In this document: piece by piece, positions 42,812 to 52,312 of the stretch
How positions within the stretch are numbered: position 1 is the first letter of the stretch
Layout of the letters: every line of letters begins with the position of its first letter
DNA from: an uncultured Thermoleophilia bacterium
Lineage (GTDB): Bacteria; Actinomycetota; Thermoleophilia; UBA2241
Reading direction: 5' to 3'
NCBI GenBank assembly: GCA_963715985.1
Contig: CAVQSP010000013.1
Coordinates: forward strand, 192,001-256,000
Length of the DNA stretch: 64,000 nucleotides
The notes under the pieces: model-generated
Told to the model about the DNA's origin: nothing
The model's input: only the letters and a program-made list of their open reading frames with translations
Databases searched by the model: none
Position numbers and translations under genes: made by a program

Positions 42812-43516
42812 TCAGCCGTCGGACGGTGGCGTGAGGCGGAACCCCACCCCGGGCTCCGTGACGATGTGTCTGGGGCCGCCGGGCGTCTCGATCTTCTTGC
42901 GCAGGTGGCTCACGTGCACGCGCAGCGTCTGCGCGTCCTCCACCCATTCCGGTCCCCAGACCTGCTCCAGGATCATCTTCTGGGTGACCACCAGCCCCGC
43001 GTTGCGGGCCAGGAAGGCGAGGATGTCGAACTCGGTGGGGGTGAGGGAGACGTCGCGCCCGCCCAGTGTGACGTGGCGGCGCGCTATGTCCACGGTCAGG
43101 TCGCCGACGGTGATCTGCGGCGGCGGCGAGGTCAGCGCAGCGGCCCGCCGCAGCAACGCCCGGATGCGCGCCAGCAGCTCGCCCGCCGAGAACGGTTTTG
43201 TGAGGTAGTCGTCGGCGCCCTCGTCGAGCGCCCGGATCTTGTCCGCCTCCGCGGAGTGGACCGACAGGATGAGGATGGGGGCGCTGCACCAGGTGCGCAG
43301 CTCCCGGCAGACCTCGATGCCGCTCATGTCGGGCAACGCCAGGTCGAGGACGACGAGGTCAGGCGGCGTGTCGATGGCGTGCAACAGCGCCTCCTGCCCG
43401 GTCGCGACCAGATCCAGTGCGTAGCCGCGCGTCCTCAGGATCGACGTGAGCGCACGCCGGATCTGCTCCTCGTCGTCCACCACGAGGACGTGCACCGGGC
43501 GTTCCGGGATGCTCAC
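42812..43516 (-). CDS. kdpE: OmpR-family response regulator KdpE
   Basis: VLVVDDE, LDLALPD, GADDYLTKPF, LTPTEF, LRVHVSHLRKKIE, TEPGVGFR; located in the kdp locus. Confidence 0.9.
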   Translation of the reverse strand: MSIPERPVHVLVVDDEEQIRRALTSILRTRGYALDLVATGQEALLHAIDTPPDLVVLDLALPDMSGIEVCRELRTWCSAPILILSVHSAEADKIRALDEGADDYLTKPFSAGELLARIRALLRRAAALTSPPPQITVGDLTVDIARRHVTLGGRDVSLTPTEFDILAFLARNAGLVVTQKMILEQVWGPEWVEDAQTLRVHVSHLRKKIETPGGPRHIVTEPGVGFRLTPPSDG

Positions 43517-45024
43517 GTGGGCTCCTCTCGCGTCCCGTCTGTCGGCAGCGTGATCACGAATCGAGCCCCGTGCGGGACCACATCCTCCACGTGCACCGTG
43601 CCGCCGTGCGCGCGGACGATCTCCCGCGTGATGGCGAGCCCGAGGCCGGTGCCTGAGGGAGCTGCGGCACCGGCTCCGCGGCCGCGGTAGAACTTCTCGA
43701 ACACGGCCTCGTATTCGGCGGCGGCGACGCCCGGTCCTTCGTCCTCTACCCACACTCTCAGGGCGCGATGCGACTCTCGCGCGCCCACCGTGACCGTGGT
43801 GCCGGCTCCGCCGTACAGCATCGCGTTCTCGAGCAGGTTCTGCACGACACGCACCCACTGGCTGTAGTCGACGAGCACCGGATCCAGGTCGTCGGGGATG
43901 TCCAGCTTGACCTTGTCGCGCTGATGGGCGGGGAGGGTGTCGACGCCGGCTGCGACGATGTCACTCAGGTCGTACATCTCGCGCCGTGGCTCCCACGTGT
44001 GCGCCTCGAGCCTCGACAGGTCGAGCAGGGCGCTGATGCTGCTGTTCAGCCGGGTGATATCGCCCACGATCGAGCGCAGCTCGTCGCGCACGCTCTCCTC
44101 GTCCCACTGTACGTCGCTCTCGAGCAGGTTGCTCACTGTGGCCGTGAGCGCCGCCAGCGGCGTCTTGAGCTCGTGCGACACGGAAGAGAGCAGGCTCGAC
44201 TTGAGGCGGTCCGCTTCGCGGCCCGCCTCGGCCCGCGTCGCCTTGGCCTGCAGTTCCTGGCGCTCCAGGAACGCGGAGACGAGGTTGGCCAGGGAGGTCG
44301 CCAGACGCAGGTCGGCCGCCGTGAAGGCGCGGCCACCGGCGGCCGCGCTCACGCTGAGGACGCCGAAGGTCGTCGAGGAGCTCTGGAGCGGGAGGGCGAG
44401 GTCGGGCTCGGCCATGCCTTTGTACGACCCCTGAGGCCCGCCGCCGGCGTACACGCGCTCGGCCTGCTCGACCGTCTTGGCCGGCGGAACGACGTGCGCC
44501 GGCCAAGAGCAGTACGCCCTGAGTTCCCCCTGGTCCGGGAGGAACAGCGTGGCCGACGCCACGCCGAGCTGCTCGACCACCTCGCGGGCCACGGCCTGCG
44601 CCATGGCGGCGGTGGACGTCTGGGACACAAGCTCTGCGCTCACGCGGTTGAGCGTCATCGCTTCGTCCTCCCGCGAGATAGCTCTCGCCTCCCGTTCGCG
44701 CATCCGGCCCGCCATGATGCCGACGATGACGCCGACGATGAGAAAGGCGACGAGCGACAACCAGTCCTTGGGATCCTGGATGGAGAGGGTGTGATACGGC
44801 GGCAGGAAGAAGAAGTTCCAGGAGAAGAAGGCGAGCACGGCCGCCACGACGGCCGGTCCGGCGCCTGCGGCGCTTGCCACCAGCAGGATCACGAGCAGGT
44901 ACAGGAGCGCCCACTGCTCTTTGGCGAACATCTCTCGCCCGGGGAGGAAGATGAGAGTGGAGACAACGACAGCGAGGACCCCGACGATGTAACCGCGACT
45001 GGCGAGGCGCCTGACCCGGTTCAT
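43513..45024 (-). CDS. kdpD: KdpD C-terminal half: DUF4118 TM + GAF + histidine kinase
   Basis: WNFFFLPPYHTL, SVSHELKTPL, NLLENA, DEGPG, GTGLGL; lacks the N-terminal sensor domain. Confidence 0.9.
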   Translation of the reverse strand: MNRVRRLASRGYIVGVLAVVVSTLIFLPGREMFAKEQWALLYLLVILLVASAAGAGPAVVAAVLAFFSWNFFFLPPYHTLSIQDPKDWLSLVAFLIVGVIVGIMAGRMREREARAISREDEAMTLNRVSAELVSQTSTAAMAQAVAREVVEQLGVASATLFLPDQGELRAYCSWPAHVVPPAKTVEQAERVYAGGGPQGSYKGMAEPDLALPLQSSSTTFGVLSVSAAAGGRAFTAADLRLATSLANLVSAFLERQELQAKATRAEAGREADRLKSSLLSSVSHELKTPLAALTATVSNLLESDVQWDEESVRDELRSIVGDITRLNSSISALLDLSRLEAHTWEPRREMYDLSDIVAAGVDTLPAHQRDKVKLDIPDDLDPVLVDYSQWVRVVQNLLENAMLYGGAGTTVTVGARESHRALRVWVEDEGPGVAAAEYEAVFEKFYRGRGAGAAAPSGTGLGLAITREIVRAHGGTVHVEDVVPHGARFVITLPTDGTREEPT

Positions 45025-45204
45025 CGTCGACTCCTCCTGGCGGGGTTTCCGTCGCCGCGGGAGGCATCAGTCCTCACGGGCGCGGTAGTCTGTTCGCAAC
45101 AGACAGTAGCACTGCCCGGTGGGAATCGTCGTCATCATGAGGGCGAGCGCGCAGCCGAACCGGGCGCGACTCGTGGTACGCCATCGGTCCCGTCGGTCGT
45201 GGTG

Positions 45205-45456
45205 TCAGGGGTGGTGCTGGAGCGAGTGAGAGGGAGCCGCGGCCGGCGCCGGAGTGCGCATGATCATCGCGTGCGCCGGTTCGGGGACAGAGGCGCGCCG
45301 CGCGGCACGCTCACGACGATAGTCGTCCAGGAACGCCAGTTCTTCGCGGTGCTCCCACCAGACCAGGGCTATGAAGTAGGCGATCAAGGCCACCCCGCCC
45401 ACACCGGCGATGATGGCCGCGAGCTCGATCACGACCTCTGCGATTCCTGCGACCAT
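45205..45456 (-). CDS. Small single-TM hypothetical protein
   Basis: GGAG RBS; MVAGIAEVVIELAAIIAGVGGVALIAYFIALVWWEHREE. Confidence 0.65.
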   Translation of the reverse strand: MVAGIAEVVIELAAIIAGVGGVALIAYFIALVWWEHREELAFLDDYRRERAARRASVPEPAHAMIMRTPAPAAAPSHSLQHHP

Positions 45457-45507
45457 CGTCTGCTCCCGAGTCCTCCGGCATGGCCCGCGGCACGCGGAGC
45501 CTGACCA

Positions 45508-45573
45508 AGACGTACCCGGGCGGTCATAAAGGACGTGTGAACTGTGCCTACTGCCGTCTAAAGATTCCATAAA
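45508..45573 (-). promoter_or_regulatory. Putative KdpE-activated promoter (four half-sites)
   Basis: Plus-strand boxes ATAAA 45526, GTGAA 45537, CTAAA 45558, ATAAA 45569. Confidence 0.7.
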
Positions 45574-45678
45574 GAGGTCGCTGTCCGACGCGCGGCAGGC
45601 GAAGCCGGGCCCGTGACGCGCAGGCACGGTCTGGATGAGAAGGACACAGGGCAGATGGCCGTCGGAAGGAGGAGAAGG

Positions 45679-45754
45679 TGGTGCCCCCAACGGAATTCGA
45701 ATCCGTGCCGCCGGCTTGAAAGGCCGGTGTCCTAGGCCGCTAGACGATGGGGGC
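45679..45754 (-). tRNA. tRNA-Glu (TTC)
   Basis: GCCCCCA...anticodon arm CCGGC-CTTTCAA-GCCGG...TTCGAAT...GGGGGCACCA, 76 nt with encoded CCA; upstream -10 TATACT. Confidence 0.97.
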
Positions 45755-45865
45755 ACGATGACGCGCCTCGGGGAGTATACCCGACGACCGCGGCGCGACG
45801 TTCGCGCGAGGCCGCGCGTCCGGTAGGCTTGCGGGCGAGGTCGCAGCAGCCGGCGGGAGGTGGGC

Positions 45866-47174
45866 ATGGAGTATCCGTTCGTCATCGACGGTGCGGCCGG
45901 GAGGGACGTCGTGCTCCCGGCCATGCACGAAGTGCGCCAGCAGTTCGACGTCCTGCCGGAGGTCGACGCCAGGGCGGAACTGGCGGAGGAGTGGCCGCGC
46001 GCGGCGGAGCAGCTGGCGCGGCTCAGGCCCGGGGCGAGCATCGCCGTCGCCGTGGGCAGCCGCGGGATCACCGGGATCGCGGACATCGTGCGCGACGTCG
46101 TCGCCCGCCTCCGCGCCGCAGGCTGCGAGCCCTTCATCGTCCCCGCCATGGGCTCGCACGGCGGCGCCACCGCCGAAGGCCAGACCGGGGTGCTCGCCAG
46201 CCTGGGTGTCACCGAGGAGGTCGTGGGCGCGCCCGTGCACGCCACCATGGAGGTCGTCTCGCTGGGCGAGGCCGACGGCATCCCGCTGTACCTCGACCGC
46301 TTCGCCTGGGAGGCCGACGGTATCGTCCTCATCAATCGTGTGAAGCCGCACACCGACTTCCACGGTCATGTCGAGAGCGGCCTCATGAAGATGATCGTCA
46401 TCGGCCTTGGCAAGCAGGCCGGCGCCGAACACTACCATCGCCTCAGCGTGGTGCGCGGCCTCGCCGACACCGTGCCCGTGGCCGCGCGGGCGCTGCTCGA
46501 GCGCGCCAACGTGGTGTTCGGCGTCGCGCTCGTCGAGAACGAGGAGCATCGCACGGCCGCAGTGCGCGTCGTGCCGCCGGAGGAGATCGAGGAAGCGGAG
46601 AGCGTCCTGCTCGATCTGGCGCGGTGGCACCTGCCCGACCTGCCCGTCGACGACATCGACCTGCTGATCCTCGACGAGATGGGCAAGGAGATCAGCGGCA
46701 ACGGCCTGGACCCGAACGTGACCGGCCGCAACGTCACACCGTGGGCCGCGCACCCGCCGCGCCCGCGCGTCTCGCGCATCTTCGTGCGCCAGCTCACCGA
46801 GGCCTCGCACGGCAACGCCTGCGGCCTCGCCTGCGTGGACGCCGTCCCGGCGCGCTTTCTGGAACGCTTCGACTACCGGGCGACGCTGATGAACGGCTTC
46901 ACGTCGGCGGCGCCGGAGGACGGCAAGATGCCGATGGTCTTCGCCGCCGACCGCGACGCCGTCACCACCCTGCTCACGGTGATCCGCCCCACCACGCCCG
47001 AGGACGTGCGCGTGGTGTACGCGCGCAACACGCTGGAGGTGGCGCGCCTCTGGGTGTCGGCCGGCTGCCTGCCGGTGCTGCGGGAGCAGCCGGCCTGCAC
47101 GGTGGACGACGCGCCGCGGGCGCTGCAGTTCGACGCGGCCGGCGGCCTTGATCTCGCCCTTCGTGAGCGCCTGA
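45866..47174 (+). CDS. Lactate-racemase-domain (DUF2088/DUF362-like) protein; 3' end approximate
   Basis: AVGSRGI, PAMGSHGGATAEGQ, NRVKPHTDF, ESGLMKM, GKEISGNGLD, HGNACG. Confidence 0.8.
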
Positions 47175-47214
47175 CGACGCCGCGCGGGGGAGCTGCGCGG
47201 AAGCGTACGCGTAG

Positions 47215-47248
47215 CGGCGGGCGGAAGCCCTGTGGCTTCCGCCCGCCG
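47215..47248. terminator. Strong hairpin between convergent genes
   Basis: CGGCGGGCGGAAGCC-CTGT-GGCTTCCGCCCGCCG, 15-bp perfect stem. Confidence 0.7.
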
Positions 47249-47282
47249 TGCACGGCTCGTGGTCCGTTCGGCTATCCGCGGC

Positions 47283-47552
47283 TCACACGACGGGGCGACC
47301 GAAGCTTGCGGCCGCCCGGTCCGGGGCCGTCCCACGCGGTGTGGAGACGGCGTCACCGAGACCGCGCACCACTTCCATCACACCGAACCACGGGGCGTGG
47401 TCGTTGGCTGCCTTGCGCATCGTGATCACCGCTCTTCCGTTCGTCGCCGGCGGCTCGGACGCGCCTCGCGCACGAGGCGAGCACGATCCGCGGTCCGCTG
47501 CAGCTCCGTCGATCTGCTGCTTGACCAGATCCCAGGCCATGAACCCGTACAT
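47283..47552 (-). CDS. Small hypothetical protein divergent from the CGNR gene
   Basis: GGAAGGAAG RBS and near-consensus promoter; MYGFMAWDLVKQQIDG; 3' end uncertain. Confidence 0.5.
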   Translation of the reverse strand: MYGFMAWDLVKQQIDGAAADRGSCSPRARGASEPPATNGRAVITMRKAANDHAPWFGVMEVVRGLGDAVSTPRGTAPDRAAASFGRPVV

Positions 47553-47601
47553 CTGCGCTCACTTCCTTCCAGCCCGGCCTGCCTCTCTCGGCACCGTTGC
47601 G

Positions 47602-47668
47602 AAACCTGTGAAACTTATTATACCGGTTATCAGGTAACTAGTCAAACAGGTTTGCCGGTTGGTATAGT
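47602..47668. promoter_or_regulatory. Divergent promoters with inverted repeat
   Basis: Minus strand TTGACT(47645-40)-N17-TATAAT(47622-17); plus strand TGG-TATAGT at 47663-68; AAACCTGT(47602)/ACAGGTTT(47646). Confidence 0.75.
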
Positions 47669-47695
47669 GAGGTGAGTCGACGAGGAAGGCCACCG

Positions 47696-48266
47696 ATGCC
47701 GGCACAGTCAAAGGAAGCACCAGGGGATCTGGCTGCTCGTGCGCGGGTTCGTGAACACCCTGGACATCGATCTGGGGAAGGAGACGCTCGACACGCCGGA
47801 GAATCTGGCCGCGTGGCTGCGGCAGGCCGGGCTGCTGGCGAGAGAAGGATCGACGGGCGCCGAGGCTCTGGAGCGCTCGCTTGCGCTCCGCGAAGCTCTG
47901 CGCGAGCTGTTGCTCAGCAACAACGACGGCCATCCGCCCGAGCCGTCCGCCGCGGTGGCCCTCGACGAGGTCGCCGCTCGTGCCGGCCTGCGGCTGCGCG
48001 CGGGCGCGGACGGCCACACGTGGCTGGAGGCGCAGGCGCCGGGAGTGGACGGCGCTCTGGGACGCCTGATGGTGATCGTCCACGAATCCATGGCGGCCGG
48101 TACGTGGGCGCGGCTCAAGGCCTGCCGCAACGACACGTGCCGGTGGGCATTCTACGACCACTCCAAGAACCACTCCGGACACTGGTGCACGATGTCGGTG
48201 TGCGGCAACCGGCAGAAGGTCCGCGGGTACCGCGAACGGAACAGGGCCGGCGCGTCGCGGGCTTGA
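47696..48266 (+). CDS. CGNR zinc-finger/ABATE domain protein (frameshift near 47735)
   Basis: FVNT...LREALR...RLKAC...CRWAFYDHSKN...WCTMSVCGNR. Confidence 0.93.
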
Positions 48267-48295
48267 GACGCGCGGCCGGCCGCGGCAAGGTCGGG

Positions 48296-48371
48296 TGGTG
48301 GGCCGCACAGGGATCGAACCTGTGACCTTGGGATTAAAAGTCCCCTGCTCTACCAACTGAGCTAGCGGCCC
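48296..48371 (-). tRNA. tRNA-Lys (TTT)
   Basis: GGGCCGCTAGCTCAGTTGGTAGAGC...CTTTTAA...GGTTCGATCCC...GGCCCACCA; upstream TGGTACAAT. Confidence 0.97.
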
Positions 48372-48599
48372 GGGAGCGCGATTGTACCACCGCCGGCACG
48401 GGGGTCGTGACCGCACGAGCCAGGCCCTGGGGCGGCCCTCCGCCCGACCCTCATGGTGCGTCGCACGGTGAGGTCGAGGCCGGACCGGCCGCCGCCGATC
48501 CCGCCCTTCGAGCGCACATCCCTGACCTTGAAGGAGAGCCTGAAGAAAGCCGGCCGCCAAACCCCTTGCATTGCCGGATCGGGGGCGTAGAATGCGCCT

Positions 48600-48693
48600 A
48601 CCCTAAGTCGTGAAGGTTCGCTGGATCGGCAACGGGGCGTTCGGGTGAGAGGCCCGAAAGAGCCGCCGGCCGCGAGGTCTGGCGGCTCTTTTG
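48600..48693 (+). ncRNA. Candidate small RNA of unknown family
   Basis: TTGCAT(48566)-N16-TAGAAT(48588)-GCGC promoter, about 95 nt with no convincing ORF, ends in an intrinsic terminator. Confidence 0.45.
48657..48693. terminator. Intrinsic, probably bidirectional terminator
   Basis: AAAGAGCCGCCGGCC-GCGA-GGTCTGGCGGCTCTTTT. Confidence 0.85.
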
Positions 48694-48747
48694 TTGCGCA
48701 GCCTGCCCTTCCGCGAGGGCACGGCGGCGCCGCCTTCTCGTCGCCCT

Positions 48748-49915
48748 TCAGCCCTCCCACTCGCTGCGAAGCAGCGCGAACTGCACCTGGTCGTCGCGCG
48801 CCGGAGCCTCCACGCCCGGGGCCGGCTCGAAGCGGCCCTCGCGGCCCTTGCCGGGCTCCGCCTCGAGGAATCCGCGGAGCAAGCCCTCGCGGCGAAAGCC
48901 GAGCTTCTCGGCGAGGGCCTGGGAGGCGAAGTTGCCCGGGTACGTGAGGATCTCGAGGCGCTCTACGCCCTGCTCCTCGAAGGCCCAGCGCACGACGAGG
49001 CGCAGCGCCGCCTCCGCGATGCCCCGGCGCCTCGCCTCCTTCTTGACCCAGTAACCGATCTCGGCGGCCTCGCGCTCGGGGAACAGGTCGAGGCTGATGC
49101 TGCCGAGGAGCTCGTCGGTCTGGGCGGCGGCGATGGCCAGGCGCGCACGCTCGCCGGCGGTGAGACGGCGCCAGGAGTCGGCGATGAACCCCTCGGCGTC
49201 GGCCCGCGAGTACTCCAGGGGCACGTGGTAGATCCAGTGCGTGATGTCCGCGTCCGAGCAGGCGGCCCGGACGGCCCCCGCGTCGTCGGCCGTGAACGGC
49301 CGGACGACGATGCGGCCGTCCTCCAGGCGCGGCTCCCCCAGCGGTCCAAACCGGTTCTCGCGGATCTGTCGCGACCATGCCGAAGAGCACGTCGTCCGTG
49401 CGGCGGTCGCGCGCCGTGAGGTAGCCGCGCATCACGCCTTCGCGGCGAAAGCCGGCCGCTTGCGCCACGCGCTGGGAGCCGATGTTGTCGACGTCCGTGG
49501 TCAGCTCGAGACGCTCCAGCTCGAGCACGTCGAAGGCCCAGTCGCGCACCAGACGCACGGCGGCGCTCATCACGCCGCGCCCGCGCGCCCACGGCGCGCA
49601 CCAGTAGCCGATCTCGGCGGCCTGGCGTACGGCCACCACTTCAAGGGAGATCATCGCCAGCAGGGCGTCGTCCTCGGCTCTCACCACAGCCCAGCTGGCG
49701 ACGAGCTCGCGCTCCCAGTAGTGCTCGTTGTACGCGAGGAACTCCATGAAGTCGCTCTCGTCGTACGGGAAGGGCACGCGGTAGCAGAAGCGCGCCACGA
49801 GGCCGTCGTTGCAGGCCTTGACCACAGAAGCCTTGTCCGCCGCCTTGAGGCGGCGCAGGCGGATGAGGCCGTCGCTCAGCTCCGGCGGGTGGGAGATGTC
49901 GCCGAGGTCCTTCAC
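48748..49915 (-). CDS. Tandem RimJ/RimL-type GNAT acetyltransferase, two domains (frameshift near 49340)
   Basis: Two copies of AEIGYW...RG-x-G...N-x-x-SQ...GFRREG. Confidence 0.85.
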
Positions 49916-49943
49916 GCCGCCCCCAGACGACTGCAGGCCGCCG

Positions 49944-51491
49944 TCAGTGCAGGAAGTGGCGGCGGCCCGTGAACACCATGGCCGCGCCGCGCTCGTCGCA
50001 GGCGGCCACGGCCGTCTCGTCGCCCTTGGAGCCGCCCGGTTGCATGAAGGCGGTGACTCCGTTGTCGATGGCCAGCTCCACGGCATCCGGGAACGGGAAG
50101 AACGCGTCCGAGCCCACCACGGCGCCCTGGAGATCGGTGCGCGCCTTCTCGACGGCGATGCGGGTGGCGTCCACGCGGCTCATCTGGCCGGCGCCGACGC
50201 CCACGGTCGCGAGGTTGCGGGCCAGCACGATGGCGTTGCTCTTGACGTGCTTGGCGACGCGGAAGGCGAAGATGAGGTCGCCCCACTCCTGCTCGGTGGG
50301 GTGCCGCTTGGTGGCGACCTCCATCTCGTCCCGCTCCTCCTGGTCGCTGTCCTTGTCCTGCACCAGGATGCCGCCGATGACGCGCTTGTAGTCGAACTCG
50401 CCGGGATTCAGCTGCCGGCGCTCCTCGTTGCGGAGGATGCGGATGTCCTGCTTCTTGCGGAGGATCTCGAGCGCCTCCTCCTCGTACCCGGGCGCGAAGA
50501 GCACCTCGACGAAGAGCTCGCTGAGCCGCTCCGCAAGCGGTACGTCCACAGCACGGTTCACGGCGATGACCGATCCGAAGGCGCTCACCGGATCGCAGGC
50601 GAAGGCCTTGTCGTAGGCGGCGGCAAGGTTCTCGGCCAGGGCACAGCCGCACGGGTTGTTGTGCTTGATGATGGTGACGCAGGGCAGCGTGAACTCCTCG
50701 CAGATGTTGCGCGCCGCGTTGAGGTCGTACAGATTGTTGAAGCCGAGCTGCTTGCCGTGCAGCTGCTCCACCTGCGAGAGCAGGTGCTGGCGCATGCCCA
50801 CCTCGGCGTAGTAGGCGGCGCGCTGGTGCGGGTTCTCGCCGTACTTGAGCTCGAGGATCTTCTCGTAGTCGCGCATCACGTACTCGGGGAAGTCGCCGTC
50901 GGCCTCGCTGAACCAGTTGGCGATGACGAAGTCGTAGTGGGCGGTGCGGTGGAAGGCCTTGGTGGCGAGGTCGCGAAGCGTCTCGTAGGCGAGCTCGCCG
51001 CCGTTGTCCCTGAGCTCCTTGAGCAGCCTGTCGTAGTCCTTGTGGCTGGTGACCACGGCCACGCCGGCGTGGTTCTTGGCGGCGGCGCGGATCATGCTGG
51101 GGCCGCCGATGTCGATGTTCTCGATGACGACCTCGTCCTCCACGCCGCGCCGGTTCGCGACCTCCTCGAAGGGATAGAGGCTGCAGACCACCATGTCGAT
51201 GGGCTCGATGCCGTGCGCCTTGATGGTCTCCATGTGCTCGGGCACGTCGCGGCGCGCGAGGATGCCGCCCATGAGCTTGGGGTGCATGGTCTTGACGCGG
51301 CCGTCGAGCATCTCGGGGAAGCCGGTGACCTCCTCGACGAGTGTGACGGGGATGCCTGAATCCTTGAGCAGCTTGGCCGTGCCGCCGGTGGAGATGAGCT
51401 GTACGCCCATGTCCGAGAGGCCCTTGGCGAACGACTCGAGACCGCTCTTGTTGAACACGGAGATGAGGGCTCGCTGGACTTTCACGGACAC
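49944..51491 (-). CDS. purH: Bifunctional AICAR transformylase/IMP cyclohydrolase
   Basis: ALISVFNK, STGGT, GRVKTMHP, IDIGGP, YGENPHQ, KHNNPCG, KSNAI, GQMSR, GRRHFLH. Confidence 0.98.
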   Translation of the reverse strand: MSVKVQRALISVFNKSGLESFAKGLSDMGVQLISTGGTAKLLKDSGIPVTLVEEVTGFPEMLDGRVKTMHPKLMGGILARRDVPEHMETIKAHGIEPIDMVVCSLYPFEEVANRRGVEDEVVIENIDIGGPSMIRAAAKNHAGVAVVTSHKDYDRLLKELRDNGGELAYETLRDLATKAFHRTAHYDFVIANWFSEADGDFPEYVMRDYEKILELKYGENPHQRAAYYAEVGMRQHLLSQVEQLHGKQLGFNNLYDLNAARNICEEFTLPCVTIIKHNNPCGCALAENLAAAYDKAFACDPVSAFGSVIAVNRAVDVPLAERLSELFVEVLFAPGYEEEALEILRKKQDIRILRNEERRQLNPGEFDYKRVIGGILVQDKDSDQEERDEMEVATKRHPTEQEWGDLIFAFRVAKHVKSNAIVLARNLATVGVGAGQMSRVDATRIAVEKARTDLQGAVVGSDAFFPFPDAVELAIDNGVTAFMQPGGSKGDETAVAACDERGAAMVFTGRRHFLH

Positions 51492-51676
51492 GCTCCTTCG
51501 GACGGAGTACCCCTGGGTGCCGGCCCACCCTGCCGGCCGCGGCCCGTGTACGCGGGCTCCCTCGCCGCAAGCCTACAAGAAAGGCGACACACGAGGAATA
51601 GGCCGCGGCGTCGGCCCCCCCGGCCCGTGCCCGGAGGAGACCGGCGTAGTCTTGGCGCTCGCCGCGTGCCGACGAC

Positions 51677-52308
51677 TCAGCGCAGACTCGCGGCCGCGTC
51701 GCGCTGCTCGCGCTCGACCGCGTCGCGCACGCAGCAGCCGTCGGCGTGGTCGTTGACGATGCCGGCTGCCTGCATCAGGGAGTAGGCGGTCGTCGGGCCG
51801 ACGAAGCGGAAGCCGCGCCTCTTGAGCTCCTTGGCGAGCGCCGTGGACTCGGGGCTCGCGGCGACGAAGTCGTCCCGCGAGCGCGGCGCCCTCTGCGCCT
51901 CCGGCCGGAACCGCCAGAAGAACGCCGCCAGAGAGCCGTGCTCCTCGATCACCGGCAGGGCGGCGCGGGCGTTGGCGATGGCCGCCTCGATCTTGAGGCG
52001 GTTGCGCACGATGCCGGCGTCGCGCCATGCAGCCGGGCGAAGTCGGTCTCGCCGAAGGCGGCCACGGCAGGGATGCTGAAGTCCGCGAAGGCCTCGCGGA
52101 AGGCCGGCCGCTTGCGCAGGATCGTGAGCCACGAGAGGCCGGACTGGAAGGCCTCGAGGGTCAACCGCTCGAAGAGCAGGTCGTCCTCCAGCACCGGCCG
52201 CCCCCACTCGTCGTCGTGGTAGGCGACGTACTCGGGCGCTCCGCCGACGGCCCAGAAGCAGCGCGGCCGGCCGTCCGGGCCGGCCGCGAGCGCGTCGTTC
52301 TCGATCAT
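51677..52308 (-). CDS. tag: DNA-3-methyladenine glycosylase I (frameshift near 52030)
   Basis: RCFW...YHDDEWG, EAFQSGLSW, IVRNRLKI, FVGPTT, VNDH...C. Confidence 0.95.
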
Positions 52309-52312
52309 CGCG

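Noticed and set aside
36007-45600. c-di-AMP (ydaO) riboswitch in kdp or ATPase leaders
   Set aside because: No ydaO consensus elements were found. The leaders are explained by the KdpE-type boxes.
31752-45754. Genomic island integrated at the tRNA-Glu 3' end
   Set aside because: The K+ locus abuts the tRNA and looks slightly less GC-rich by eye, but no integrase or duplicated tRNA 3' end was seen.
51492-51676. ZMP/ZTP (pfl) riboswitch upstream of purH
   Set aside because: The conserved GACTGGCG...GCCTGGG elements are not visible.
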